Assembly: GCF_006345805.1 (NCBI RefSeq)
Contig: NC_043017.1
Span: 12,648,001 to 12,712,000 of the forward strand
DNA from: Octopus sinensis
Taxonomy: Eukaryota
Length of the DNA stretch: 64,000 nt
Direction of reading: 5' to 3'
Shown here one piece after another: positions 38,276-52,439 of the stretch. Position 1 is the first letter of the stretch, and each line of letters opens with the position of its first letter. The notes under the pieces are model-generated. The model saw only the letters and a list, made by a program, of their open reading frames with translations, was not told where the DNA came from and made no database searches. The translations under genes were made by a program, and so were the position numbers.

Positions 38276-39509
38276 TTTACATGAAGAAATATATATGCCA
38301 GAAAAACCAAAAAACCAACTCTACGCTCTTCACAGAGTAATGTGGACTAACCAATTGTTCAACTATATTCTGTGCTCCTGGTCAAAAGACCACCAATATT
38401 GCATTCTGTAGCAAGGCAGAGACACCACAAGATTCAACTTCCTTCTTGTATGTACTTCATGCCTAAACCCCCATCACATCTCTCCTCTCTCCCAGCAAGC
38501 TAATCCTGCAATGCTCATGTCAAATACCTGACTGAAATACTTCATTTCACTTAATAAATTGCTTTTCACAACAAGATATTAAAGGCCACAGTCTCTTCCT
38601 GTGTCCCCTCCTCGAATAAAACAGTGTCTTGAGGACTCATCATGACTATTTAAGAGATCTTTATATAAATTATTATTACACTATTAATAGTGAAGTGACA
38701 AATAGTGAGAGAGTGGGGATGACAAATTTTAGTTGTGTCAGCTAAGTAGTACAACAGGATGTCCATCCACACTGTCTTACAAATCTACACATATTCTGAG
38801 AGTGTATGTTGTAAGCAGTGTCAGCACACAGGTGACAGAACGTGTGAGTGTCTGTGTGTGTGTGTGTGTGTGGAAGGAAGTGCAGAAGATGCAGGCAGGG
38901 TGGGGGGAGAAGGTATGGTGGAGAAAGCCAGGAACATGAGAAAGATTACGTTGAAGAGAAAGGACGAATAGATGGAGAGAGCGAGAAAGAGACTGATTCA
39001 GACACACAATGACATAGACAGAGAAATAGAAAACGACAGAGAGAGAAGGAACGAAACACACACACAGACAGACAATGACAAGAAAGAGAGAGAGAGAGAG
39101 AGAGAAAGAATGACAGACAAGGACAGAAAGAAAGAGAGATCTAGAGTATCACAAACATACACAGTAAAAAAAAATCCACCCCTTGTTACTAGTTATCATC
39201 AGGATGGTAAGAGTAGTAACAACATAACAAATATACTAAAAAAAAAAAAAAAAAACGGTGGCGTTTACAGAATTTTTAGTTATGTCCCTTTGTGTTTTGT
39301 AGAAGTAAAAATTCTATTTCTCAAAGATCGATCGATACTTGGCTTCTATTCTTGCAGAGGTTGATAAAATTAAGTACCCGTAATAAACTGAGTCAATTTA
39401 ATTTGGAAATGCGGGATCATGTGCCTAAGTTAAAAATCAATATCCTAAACACACACACACACATACATACATACATACATACACACACACATACATACAT
39501 ACATACATA

Positions 39510-40135
39510 GGCGCAGGCATGGCTGTGTGGTAAGAAGCTTGCTTCCCAACACATGATTCCGGGTTCAGTCCCACTGTGTGGTGACACCTTGGGCAAGTGT
39601 CTTCTACTATAACCTCAGGCCAGCCAAAGTCGTGTGAGTGGAATTGGTAGACAGAAACTGAAAGAAGCCTATCACGTATGTGTGTGTAAGCACCCACTAC
39701 ACTCACGGAGTGGTTGGCATTAGGAAGGGCATCCAGCTGTAGAAACACTGCCAGATTAGACTGGAGCCTGGTGCAGCCTTCTGGCTTCCCAGATCCCCGG
39801 TCGAACCGTCCAACCCATGCTAGCATGGGCCTGATGAAGCCTTCCAGCTTCACAGACCCCAGTTGAACCGTCCAACCCATGCTAGCATGGAGAACGGACG
39901 CTAAATGATGATGATGATGATGATGATATGTGTGTGTGTATGTGTTTGTCCCCTCACCATTGCCTGACAGCTGATGTTGGTGTGTTTATAGCCCCATAAA
40001 TTAGCAGTTGGGCAAAACAGACCGATAGAATAAGTACAAGGCTTACAAAGAATAAGTCCTGGGGTCAATTTGTTCTACTAAAGGCAGTGCTCCAGCATGG
40101 CCACCATCAAATGACAAACAAGTAAAAGAAAAAGA
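39510..40135 (+). mobile_element. SINE family A split by an inverted family D element (39690-39926)
   Basis: Family A head 39510-39680 and tail 39930-40135; insert ends in (GAT)n. Confidence 0.85.
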
Positions 40136-40641
40136 ATACATACTCACACACACACACACACACACATACATGCATGTATATCATCATCATTTTTAATATC
40201 CACGTTTCCATGTTCACATGGATTAGACAGAATTTACTGAGGAAAATTTTCTATGGCTGGATGCTTTTACTGTCACCTACCCTTCCCTGATTGCAAGTAA
40301 ATTAATATTTTCCCATGGCCAAGCATGTTTTGCATGAACGACCGGAAATGAAGGACACCAAATGCTTTATCATGACACTCACTCACAACTGTCATGTATC
40401 GTGAAGACAAGGAGCACATATGTATACACATGTGCAGACATGCACCTGGAAGTTAGTCAGCTATGGTCAAGCTAAACTATAAACCTAAAGTATTCTAGCT
40501 AAATCCATTCTGTTTTTTGTCAAAAGTATTCCACACTACATTGCCTAAGATATCCTATTCCTTAATAAAGACACTAGGATTTAGGTTGAAGATTTCACTG
40601 TTATTTCAAACAGGTTAAGCTGAAGCAGTTCTCTTTCAGTC

Positions 40642-40874
40642 TAGGCGGCGAGCTGGCAGAAACATTAGCACGCCGGGCGAAATGCGTAGCCGTATTTCGT
40701 CTGCCACTACGTTCTGAGTTCAAATTCCGCCGAGGTCAACTTTGCCTTTCATCCTTTCGGGGTCGATAAATTAAGTACCAGTTACGTACTGGGTCGATAT
40801 AATCGACTTATTCCGTTTGTCTGTCCTTGTTTGTCCTCTCTGTGTTTAGCCCCCTGTGGGTAGTAAAGCAATAG
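40642..40874 (+). mobile_element. SINE family B, full length, with 14-bp TSD
   Basis: gttctctttcagtc at 40628-40641 and 40875-40888. Confidence 0.92.
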
Positions 40875-41273
40875 GTTCTCTTTCAGTCAAACAACAATGC
40901 CCTTTCTAATGCTAACCATTCCGAGAGTGTAGCAGGTGCTTTTTACATGCCACCAGCATAGGACCCAGTAAGGCGGGCCTGGCATTGATCACGTTCGGAT
41001 AGTGCTTTGATGTGCCACAGGCAAGGGGGCCAGTCAAGGGGTACTGGCATCTCGTGTATATGTGTGTGTGTTTTGAGCACCAAGTTTTAATTACAACTTC
41101 AAAGGAAATTTCATTAATATTAAATAGTGTATTCTGCGTTTTTCATTTAGTGAATGTTTACTGCACCAATAACACAAACCTACTAAACAATATTATACAC
41201 ACACACATACTAACATATAGACATACACATACATGTGTGTATGTGTGTATATGCATCTTGCATAAACCCTTAC

Positions 41274-41313
41274 CATTCTGAGCTTTTTGTCAATCAATTT
41301 TGCCTGCCATATC
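41274..41313 (-). CDS. Candidate 40-nt exon (IWQAKLIDKKLRM)
   Basis: ATG|GTAAGG donor; only the phase-2 entry frame is open. Confidence 0.2.
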
Positions 41314-41659
41314 CTTCAGGGTCATTAAAACTAACACACACACATACAGATATCGATTCAACTAACAAGTCCCTTTCTGGAAAATAACCTTGTATTGCAA
41401 ATATTATTATTATTGGTAATAGTAGTAGCAGTAGTATTATAGAGTGGCAGAATCATGAGAGCGTCATCTGAAGAGATGCCTTCTAACTACTTATAATCGT
41501 TTAAGGACTGAGCTTAAAATCCCATCTTTTTCTCTCATCATTTCGGGGCGGGGGGGGCGTCAATAAGATAAATGACTCAATCAATTTAATTGATAATTAG
41601 CTTTGAGCCTAAGAAAATATATTATCATTGGGGTTCTTAAAACTTGTTTTATATGCCTG

Positions 41660-41696
<37 letters not shown>

Positions 41697-41859
41697 AAAA
41701 AAGCAACAAGAATGGATCCATTCTTGTTGCTTTTTTCCTATTTGTAATCACCCCACTTTGTCGTATGGCTGGCACCATATAGATTTCCAGTGCATCCAAG
41801 TTAAGTACCATATTCATGTGAATTCATTAGAACTCACTTGAATCTCAATTGCTTAAACC

Positions 41860-41893
<34 letters not shown>

Positions 41894-41918
41894 GAGTATA
41901 GATACATAGATAGATATG

Positions 41919-41959
<41 letters not shown>

Positions 41960-41964
41960 TATAC

Positions 41965-42235
41965 ACACGGGGACGTTAAACACACCAGCATCGTTGTAAA
42001 GCGATGTTGGGGGGGGGACAAATACACACAAACATATACATATATAGAGGGAGAGAGAGTGAGATAGATAGGTGGATGGATGGATAGATAGATAGATATA
42101 CGACGAGCTTCTTTCAGTTTCCGTCTGCCAAATCCACTCACAAGGCTTTGGTCGGCCCGAGGCTATAGAAGAAGACACTTGCCAAGGTGCCATGCAGTGG
42201 GACTGAACCCAAAACCATGTGGTTGGTAAGCAAGC
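41965..42235 (-). mobile_element. SINE family A 5' part
   Basis: Motif match. Confidence 0.85.
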
Positions 42236-42485
42236 TACATAAGCTTCTGTTCTGGCTCTATTTCGAGTTTAAACCCTGTTGAGGTCAAAATTTGCCTTTC
42301 ACCATTTTCCACGAGTGGGGAAAAGAGATCAGCCAAAGTACCTATCAAGTACTTTGGTAGGATCCATAATAATCGACCATAGACACCTACCTCTTCGCCA
42401 ACTCCTTCCTCCACACACAGACACACTCCTCTTTACCTTAACCCCAAATTTCAGGGCCTTGTGCATCTATGCTAAAAAAAAAACA

Positions 42486-42888
42486 GGCACAGGAGTGGCT
42501 GTGTGGTAAGTAGCTTGCTAACCAACCACATGGTTCCGGGTTCAGTCCCACTGCGTGGCACCTTGGGCAAGTGTCTTCTGCTATAGCCCCGGGCCGACCA
42601 ATGCCTTGTGAGTGGATTTGGTAGACGGAAACTGAAAGAAACCTGTCGTATATATGTATATATATATATAAGTGTGTGTGTATATGTTTGTGTGACTGTG
42701 TTTGTCCCCCTAGCATTGCTTGACAACCGATGCTGTTCAACTAGCGGTTCGGCAAAAGGGACCGATAGAATAAGTACTGTGCTTACAAAGAATAAGTCCC
42801 GGGGTCGATTTGCTCGACTAAAAAAAGGCGGTGCTCCAGCATGGCCGCAGTCAAATGACTGAAACAAGTAAAAGAAAGAGTAAAAGAG
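42486..42888 (+). mobile_element. SINE family A young copy with small internal deletion
   Basis: Young-subfamily diagnostics; lacks ggtgtgtttacgtccccgtc. Confidence 0.9.
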
Positions 42889-43013
42889 AGAGAATTATTA
42901 TTATTCCAACTCAAAGGATAAAAAAAGATAGAAAATGAATAAAATATAAAGGTAAAGGGGGGGAGAGGGGTGAAATATTATTGCTGTTATTCTCTATTAT
43001 TATTATTAATACG

Positions 43014-43044
<31 letters not shown>

Positions 43045-43100
43045 TTAATATTATTGTTGTTAAATTCACTTGTCAAGTAGCAGTGAGAACAGGAACGGTG

Positions 43101-43129
<29 letters not shown>

Positions 43130-43131
<2 letters not shown>

Positions 43132-43590
43132 AGCTGTAGAGGGGGAGGGGTGTCATTGGTGATGGTGATGGCGGTGGTGGTGGTGGTGACGACGAAATGA
43201 AGTGGAAGGGGGTAGGGTGGGCCAGGGGTTAGGAGCGGTGGGGTGGGTGGGTGGAAGAGGGGTAGGGGTGGTGGGGAGGGGACAATGTTTACTATTTATA
43301 AAATGACCAATGGCATGAGAGGACTCGATTTAAACAATAACAACGGTAGCAGCAAGCAACGACGACGACAACAACAACAACAACAAAAACAGCGGCAGTT
43401 TTACATGAAGCAAAAACAATAACAAGTACATAACAACTAGGCCAGGCTCTCACTCACCCTCACGCGCAGAGTGAGGGGGGAAGAGGGAGAGAGAGAGAGA
43501 AAGAGAGAGATACTTTAGTTTACACTCCAAGAATGTATGCGTAATCTACTTATGGCATTCAGGGTTATTCAACAGAGAAAATGGCGTGCG

Positions 43591-43600
<10 letters not shown>
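43130..43600. promoter_or_regulatory. Unique G-rich, motif-dense segment; possible promoter or non-coding first exon
   Basis: Many GGG runs at 43200-43285; tgtttac, ctatttataa, ccaat cluster; minus-strand GAGG|GTGAGT donor after a CT-rich tract; aaaatggcg. Confidence 0.25.
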
Positions 43601-43639
<39 letters not shown>

Positions 43640-43819
43640 GTATATATTATATATAAATTTTTATATATGCATATTTGTTAAAAATCAAGGAGAAAAAATG
43701 GTAATAATGTTCTCAACTTCAAAAAGTTGAACTTACTGACAAGCACTGAGGACTTTTTATCCTATTATATATATACATATATGTAAGTATTTATGTATGT
43801 ACTACACACGCGCGCGCCT

Positions 43820-43833
43820 AGACAGACAGACAT

Positions 43834-43927
<94 letters not shown>

Positions 43928-43943
43928 TAGATAGATTAGATAA

Positions 43944-43990
<47 letters not shown>

Positions 43991-44047
43991 TAATATAGAC
44001 CTACAATATACCTAGCTAACTGTCTGTCTACATACATATATACATAC

Positions 44048-44084
<37 letters not shown>

Positions 44085-44145
44085 TACATACATACATACA
44101 TACATATATACATACATACATACATACATATATACATACACTCTG
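43820..44145. repeat. (AGAT)n then (ACAT)n/(CA)n microsatellites
   Basis: Direct inspection. Confidence 0.95.
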
Positions 44146-44459
44146 ATGTTGATGTTGAAATTCCAATGAAGGAGCCTTGAATCTCGATTTGAAACTGGCT
44201 CGTTCTCTATTGGCAAGAAATCTTGAAATAAAACTGAAGAATGACATACATATATATACACACACATACAAAACAACGTTCTACACTGATTGCAGCAACC
44301 AAATCCACTCTTAAGGCATCAGTCAACTTGGGACCAAAGCAAAAGACACTTGAGCAAGGAATCATAGAGACAGAGTGGGATTGAAGCAGAATCTACAAGA
44401 CTCCAAAGCAAACTTAAACACACAACCATGCCTTAAACAACACATATATATTATATGTA

Positions 44460-44860
44460 TATAGGTGTGGCTGTATGATAAGAAGTTTAATTTCCCAACC
44501 ACATGGTTCTGGGTTCAGTCCCACTGCGTAGCATCTTGGACAAGTACCTTCTACTATAGCCTTGAGCTGACTAAAGCCTTGTGAGTGAATTTGGTAGATA
44601 GAAACTGAAAGAAGCCCGTCATATATGCATGTGTGTGCATATCTTTATGTCTGTGCTTGTCCACCATCACCGATTGACAACTTGTGCTGGTGTGTTTACA
44701 TCTCCATGACTTAGCAGATCGGCAAAAGACACCAACAGAATTAGTATCAGGCTTAAAAAAAAAAAAAGCTAAGCATGGGGTTGATTTAACTAAAATTCTC
44801 CCAAGTGGTGCCCCAGCACGGCCACAGTCTGATGACTAAAGCAAGTAAATGATAGAAGAT
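44460..44860 (+). mobile_element. Diverged SINE family A
   Basis: Head, centre and tail recognisable. Confidence 0.75.
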
Positions 44861-44903
44861 ATAATACCTATCTGTCAGCCTTATTCCTTTTCAATTTTGA
44901 CAG

Positions 44904-45031
44904 GACACCACCACCTCATTTAGGGGCCCATACTGTTTAATTTATCTCATTGCAAATCAATTTATTGAACTTCTGTCCCCAAAGTTGCAGGCACAGCCCT
45001 TCATGAAATCTCTGAATTACACTAGTTTCAA
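44904..45031 (+). CDS. Candidate 128-nt exon (DTTTSFRGPYCLIYLIANQFIELLSPKLQAQPFMKSLNYTSF), product unidentified
   Basis: Strong acceptor ttattccttttcaattttgacag, AA|GTAAGT donor, open phase-0 frame. Confidence 0.25.
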
Positions 45032-45150
45032 GTAAGTACTTGGGGCCCAAGCCTATTGTTTAGGGTACATAGCCTGGAGACTTATTTTTGTTCTACTTGT
45101 CTCAGTCACTGGACTACATCCATGCTGGAGCACCACTTCGAAGAGTTTAA

Positions 45151-45372
45151 CCCTTTAGCATTTAAACCAGCCATATCCGGCCAAAAGTATTCTGCTTGTT
45201 TTATGTTCAAACTGGCCAGATCTGGTCTCTCACACCAGCCCTACAATATCATCTTAAAAATTAACAGCTACCTCATCAAAATCTCATGGCTACAAGATAA
45301 TGCATGACTAGTTCAAGGCAATGTGGATAAAAAAAGGATTAATTTTGGCAGAATAATGCGAACACTAAAGGG
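45151..45372. mobile_element. piggyBac-type MITE
   Basis: TTAA|CCCTTTAG...CTAAAGGG|TTAA. Confidence 0.88.
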
Positions 45373-45944
45373 TTAAACAACTAAATCAATCCCAGTGACT
45401 AGGTTTTATCATTTTTTTTTTTGCTGAACTTCCAAGTTACAGGGACATGAGCTAACCCAATATCAGATGGCAAACATTGGTGGGGGGGGGAAGAGGGTAG
45501 AAAAACAAAGACAAGAGCAAACTCATATCATCATCATCATTTTACGTCCATTTTCCATGCTGGCATGGGTTGGATGGTTTGACTGAAAACACACACCTGC
45601 CTGCCCTTTTTGAAACACAGGGGTATAATCCACCCAATGAGCTGCTATACAGTGTCTGTCTGTCCAATTTCACTCACAAGGTATGGGTTTGACCTGAGGC
45701 TAGAGAAAAGGCCATTTGACCAAGATGTCATACAATGGGATCAAACCCAGGACACAGGATCTCCTGCTTTTAAAACAAATTTCTTAACCATTCCACTTTT
45801 CTGTGTATGTGTATATATATTTTTTTTCACACAGCATAAGCAATAGTGACTCAAGGGTCAAGAGTTTCATGTGTTACCACTTAAACTTTTCGCATCGCCA
45901 TACCTCTATATACGCATGTATATATGTGTGTGTGTGTGTGTATA

Positions 45945-46300
45945 GATCTTTTATCTTGTTTTAGTCATTTGACTGAGGCCATGCTGGGGCACCGCCTTGA
46001 AGAGTTTTAGCCAAACAAATTGACCTTAGAACTTTTATTTTAAAGCCTAGTACTTATTCTGTTGAACCCTTTTCCCAAACCACTAAGTTACGGGGTCACA
46101 AACACCAGTTGTCAAGCAGTGGTGGGTGACAGAGACACTAAGACATACACACACACACATATATATATACATATATACAATGGGTTTCAGTCTACCAAAT
46201 TCACTCACAAGGCTTTGATTGACCCAAGGCTAGACACTTACTTGCCCAAGGTGCCATGCAGTGGGACTGAACCCAGACCCATGTGTTTGAGAAGAAAGCT
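45945..46300 (-). mobile_element. Diverged SINE family A
   Basis: Motif match. Confidence 0.75.
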
Positions 46301-47522
46301 TCATGCATGTATATATGGTCAGTGCCCATAAAAGACATACATACATGCATCCATACAGACTTATATACAGGCATACATACATGTATACATGCTTGTACAC
46401 ATACATGTCTGAGTGTACGTTTCTTTTTAAATACGACGACAGAAAATTTGTTGCTATTTCTAGGAGATCAATCAACCATGTAGAGGTTCTCTTATGAAAA
46501 GAATATGCAGAATAAAGTTTTACATGCCAGGATTGAGATATGTGAGTAGGGAATGCAGGAATGTGTAAGCCTTGTGTTGGGGCTGCCTATAATGTAAAAT
46601 GGAGATGGTTAATACTGGCAACACTAGGGAGTGTATTTGATATGAGAAAAGAATCTGATAGGGACCCCTTGATGAGGAAGGGTGGTATTAGAATGATTAG
46701 GAGGAGGGAGGAGGGGTACAGCAATAGCTGAGCTGCTAATAATAGATAGACCCAGGTACAGAAGGAAAGACCTGCTTCATACAAAAATATTTGACAGAGC
46801 CAGCCAACCCGACCGATCCCAAGCACGAAGGTGAGACAAGCATTTGAAGAGTTGAGGGGAAGAAAATTCTCCGCAAGTCAACGAACAAGGGAACCTTGAC
46901 AATGTAATTCAATGTGCTAGAAAGAGCAACCAATTCTTCTCGAACAATACCCTGCCGCCCTAGAAAAAAAATCTAAAAAATTGTAAAAAATCTGTAAAAA
47001 AATTCTGTAAAACTCAATGCTTTGGCAGCATTGGATTTCACTGAGAAATTATCTAGTGTTGTTTAGGCCTACACCAGCTCCTGGTCAAGGATTTCAATAA
47101 CCAAAGACGTTCCAACCACGACTATCCTTGCTGTTAAATTTTAACTCTTTAACATTTAAGCCAACCATATCTAGCCAAAATATTCTACTCATTTTACACT
47201 TGTCCAAGGTGCCAAGCAGTGAGACTGAACCCAGAAGCATGTAGTTGGGAAGCAAGCTTCTTGCCACACAGCCACTCCACTGTGTGTGTATATATATATA
47301 TCTGTATCTTTATCTGTTTCCATCATTAGACTGCAGCCATACTGGTGCACCACTTTGGCTGGGGCTAAAAATTTTAAATTTAAATAATTTAATTTTAAAT
47401 TTTATATTTTATATATTTTGCATATTATAGTAATTATATTTATTTTTATGTTTTGGTTTATGTTTTTCACTGTCTGATTTGCCTAACAGTGGTTTTATCT
47501 CTAATTTATATATATATATATA

Positions 47523-47905
47523 TACTCTTTTACTTGTTTCAGTCATTTGACTGCGGCCGGCCATGCTGGAGCACCGCCTTTAGTTGAGCAAATCGACCCC
47601 GGGACTTATTCTTTATAAGTCCAGTACTTATTCTATCGGTCTCTTTTGCCGAACCACTAAGTGACAGGGACATAAACACACCAGCATCGGTTGTCAAGCA
47701 ATGCTAGGGGGACAAACACACACACACACAAACACACACAACATACACATACATAAATATATATATACATATATACGACAGGCTTCTTTCAGTTTCCGTC
47801 TACCAAATCCACTCACAAGGCATTGGTCGGCCCGGGGCTATAGCAGAAGACACTTGCCTAAGATGCCACACGTAGTGGGACTGAACCCGGAACCTTGTGG
47901 TTGGT
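47523..47905 (-). mobile_element. SINE family A young copy
   Basis: Young-subfamily diagnostics. Confidence 0.88.
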
Positions 47906-48639
47906 TATATATATATATATAAATGCTCGTACAGGTGCCACGTTAAAAGCACCTGGCCCACACTGAAAAGTTGTTGGCATTAGGAAGGGCATCTAGCTAT
48001 ATAAACCATGCCAAATCAGACTGGAACCTGGTGCAGCTCTCTAGCTCTGGTTCAAACCATCCAACCCATCTGTGTTTTTATTTTATAAACACGTCTTGCA
48101 AGCAGAAATTGGTTAGGGGAAACCACAAAAGCAATTGTGTGTGTGTGTGTGTGTGGCTTAGCTGGCCGAAACTTCATAGTTACTGCTGTCAAAAACTATC
48201 CTTGTTAAAGAATAATAAATCTGTACTCTACCAAATGTATTGAGTAATATACATTACACACACATATAGAAACATATATACACACACACACATACATACA
48301 CATATTTATGTACATGACTGTGTCTGTAAGTATGTTGTTGTTATGTCATTCATGCTCCTTTATGTTGAGTTTTACAGCGGTTCAACAAACAGACACCGAT
48401 AAAATAATCCCTGACGACAGAAAAATGTCGGGAGATACATGTGACCAAAAGAGCAATGCCCTAATCCAGTGACTGAAACCAGCAAAATAACGAGTGCACG
48501 TGCATGCATCTACCTGTATGTGCATACAATCTTACACACGCATGTGGTGAAAGAGATTTAATCGATAATATATCGATCTGCTGGTTAAAGCAATTTTCAT
48601 CGACATCAGAGAAGTATTATGTAAACCATAATAATAATA

Positions 48640-49274
48640 ATAACCATCATAATGATTATGATTTCAAATTTTGGTACAAGGCCTGCAATTTCGGAGGAAG
48701 GGATAAATTGTTTACATCAACCCCAGTACTCAACTGGTATTTATTTTATCGACCTCAAGAGGATGAAAGGAAAAGCTGACCTCAGCACATGACAATGGAC
48801 GAAAAGCTGCTAAGAATTTTGCCCAGCATACTGACAATTCAGCCAGCCCATCACCCTAATAATAAGAAGAAGAATCCTTTCTACTATAAGCACAAGGCTT
48901 GGATTTTGTGGGGAGAAGGAGGAACAGTCGATCACATCGACCCCAGTACTCAACTGTTACTTAATTTATCGACCCCCCACCTCGCCCACGAAAGGATGAA
49001 ATCTAAAATCGACCTCGGCGGAATTTGAACTCAGAATGTAGCGGCAGACGAAATACCTATTTCTTTATTACCCACAAGGGGCTAAACACAGAGGGGACAA
49101 ACAAGGACAGACATAGGTATTAAGTCGATTACATCGCCCCCAGTGCGTAACTGGTACTTAATTTATCGACCCCGAAAGGATGAAAAGCAAAGTCGACCCC
49201 GGCGTAACGTAACGCAGACGAAATACCCTTAAGCACTTCGTCTGGCGTGCTAACGATTCTGCCAGCTCGCCGCT

Positions 49275-49310
<36 letters not shown>

Positions 49311-50070
49311 TTTTTTTTTATTAACCGCAAGACATTTGTAGACACTTTCCAACAACTGTATTGCTTTCATTAATAATTATTTACTCTATAACGATGTAAA
49401 CGGTGATTTTATTTACAGCAAACCTAAAAGTGAATGGGGTTGCAGTCGATTAAATCGACCACAGCAGATTACTGGTACATATTTTATCGATTCCGAGGAG
49501 ATGAATGTAGACTAAGTCGAAATCTCCAGAAAATTTGGTCTGGCAGATGAGATGTAAAGAGACAGACAATAACTAAAATATTGCTTCTAAAATGTCAGGT
49601 ACAAGGTCCGAAATTTGCTGGGAGTGTGTGGAGGGTGGGCTGGTAGTCGATATCATAGGTCCCGGTTATTGACAGGTGCTTTATTAATTTATCGACCGAC
49701 CCGCGACGGGATGAAAATTGAAGTTGATCTCGCAAGGATTTGAACTGAGAATGTAAAGAGACGAAGCTAAATATTGTTTCTAATGTAAACAAACGACAAG
49801 GCCCTGAGGTCGATTTTAGATTTCATCCTTTCGTGGGCGAGGTGGGGGTCGATAAATTAAGTAACAGTTGAGTACTGGGGTCGATGTGATCGACTGTCCC
49901 CCCTTCTCCCCACAAGATCCAAGCCTTGTGCCTATAGTAGAAAGGATTCTTCTACCCCGAACGGAACAAAAAACAGGAGATGCCTTCGGAGGAATTTGAA
50001 CTCGGAACGTAAACAACCGGAACGAATAATGCAAGAACAGTTTGTTCGACGCACTAACGATCCAGCCAAT
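48640..50070. mobile_element. Dense nest of SINE family B copies in both orientations
   Basis: At least six cores; ccaagccttgtgcctatagtagaaaggatt block occurs inverted at about 48870-48990 and 49815-49950. Confidence 0.8.
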
Positions 50071-50369
50071 CGAATAATAAATAATAATTATTATTATTAT
50101 GATTTCTTCCCACAGACGGACAGGTAAAACAGAGACAGACAAATAGCCAGATGGACGGACGGACAGACAGATCTATATAAATAGGTATTCCCGAATGTAA
50201 ACACGCGTGATATGTTCAACACATCTAAAAACGTAAACATATGCGCGCGTGCACGCACACATGTATATAGATTTTGCACGATCAGAGTTGATTAAGAGCC
50301 TAAACTGCAATAAACACACATTAGAAAATCTACCCGACTTTTGTAAATGCTTATGGTACGTAGATAAGG

Positions 50370-50546
50370 CGCTCGCTTCGTTACCACGCAGTCGTGCGTT
50401 CAGTTCCACTGCAAGGCACCTTGGGCAAGTGTCTTCTACTGTGAGCATAGTCCCAGGATTTTATGAGTAAATTTGGTAGACGGAAACTTTGGGGAATCTC
50501 GTGTATATACATACATTACACATATACATGTCTATGTCTGTGTGTA

Positions 50547-50577
<31 letters not shown>

Positions 50578-50780
50578 TATATATATTATGTGGTGGGGCT
50601 ATGTATGCACGTGTCTTTGTGTTTGACCCCCACACCACTTACCAATCGGTGCTGGTTTGTCTACGTCCCTGTAACTCAACGGCTTTGATAAAAACAAAGT
50701 ACCAAACAAAAATGAATAACTACAGGGGTCGATCTGTTCGACAAAACCCTTTCAATGTGGTACCTCCAGTATGGCCGCAG
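50370..50780 (+). mobile_element. Diverged SINE family A
   Basis: ggcaccttgggcaagtgtcttctact centre and tail remnants. Confidence 0.7.
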
Positions 50781-51130
50781 ACCATATCTAATAAAGTGTG
50801 TGTGTGTGTGTGTGTATCCATCAACACACGTTCACCATCGGCCCACTCAATCCATGTCGAAATCCCACAAGTAATTGCATATTTTATGCACCTCCACGAT
50901 TGTATAAGCTAAAACATACATAGCAGGGTAGGCACTAGCTACTGGGTATCCGTAACACAGTCTGCTTGTTATAATAAATACACACCTTCTCGTAAATATA
51001 GACATTTATCCATCATACAGCAGCTACGCAATCCTAGACGAATATAGGACAGCAAAAACTATCTCCTGAGTAGAAAGATACACAGTTCTTCTACACCTCA
51101 TACTTTAAACACACACCTTCGTTTACACAG

Positions 51131-51178
51131 AGCCCTGTGAGAGGGGCAGCGAGAGCAGGAACTGGAATGCAGGGGGGA
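51131..51178 (+). CDS. Candidate 48-nt frame-preserving exon (SPVRGAARAGTGMQGG)
   Basis: ccttcgtttacacag acceptor, GGA|GTAAGT donor, GC-rich against AT-rich flanks. Confidence 0.25.
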
Positions 51179-51442
51179 GTAAGTACATAATACTCGGGGT
51201 CCCAGCTCCCAGAAAATGTTTGCTTACGTTAAGTTGAATATCTGTATTTCGCAGCAAGGGAAAGGAACTTTGTACCTTGTGATAAAAAATTCTCATAAAA
51301 GGCCCTTGCGCATATTACATACCCACAAAAATTTATAGAACACGTTATTTCATTTGTAGACTTTTTATTAAAAAAAAAAAAAACGCAAAACAAAAAGCGA
51401 GCTTCTAAGCTAGAAACAGCAGCCAAATACCCTCAAACATAC

Positions 51443-51473
51443 CTTCGTCGAAATACGGTGGTAAACGTGATGG
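51443..51473 (-). CDS. Candidate 31-nt exon
   Basis: tttcgcag acceptor with upstream gctgac, AAG|GTATGT donor. Confidence 0.22.
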
Positions 51474-51668
51474 CTGCGAAACTTTGATGATGGGTCAGCA
51501 TAATCAGAGTAGAAAATGTATACAAGATGACTACCATATCATTTATACATACACACACACATTCATCATTATACACCCTATTCTATGCCAATAATTCGGG
51601 TAACCGTACATTCGTCTACGTACATATATGGTTTCGTAACCCAAATTACACAATGTAGGAGTATACGA

Positions 51669-51718
<50 letters not shown>

Positions 51719-52439
51719 CATACGTAGAAACGTGTATAACATTCACTTATACACACCACGTCTGTATACACATTTATAAACACACTACATTGCAAAATTA
51801 TATATATATATATACTGTATATTACTCCATAGTCACCCACTAAAACGTATATACGGTTATTCCCCTTCTCTGTCTAATATACACACCCTCTTTATACACC
51901 CTACTTGTTTGTATACAATCACAGTACACTCATAAACATAAAAAGGATTACCTCATACACACACATCACTATACGCCCCAGTTGTAAACACACACATATA
52001 CACATATATGCGCGCGCGTATATATATGACAATATTCTGTCTCCCATTCAGGCGTATATACACCTCTTACTACAGCCCATCCATAAACACCTATATACAT
52101 CATCTCTCATTCACTCATGCGTTTCAAACATCAGCGCTACACACCACTAACTCTGCCTCTAAACACACCTATTTATCACAAGACAAATATATATATACGC
52201 GTCTACGTCACAACACAACACCTATATTAGTTATATACATACCCCTCTAGCAAATACACATGACGCATAACCACAATAAAATTAGACGTATATATAATCT
52301 ACACACATCTATACAAGACACTTGTAAACACACACTCACACATATATACACACACCTCTCTTGTATACATCTCCCATTTGTAAACCAGTTGCTTAGTCAC
52401 GCATTAACCGATGAGAGAAACCTATATGGCCATTCAGCC

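Noticed and set aside
46480-46960. Coding-like segment, possibly an old LINE or Penelope ORF
   Set aside because: Stops in all frames and no motif I can match with confidence; needs a translated search against TE proteins.
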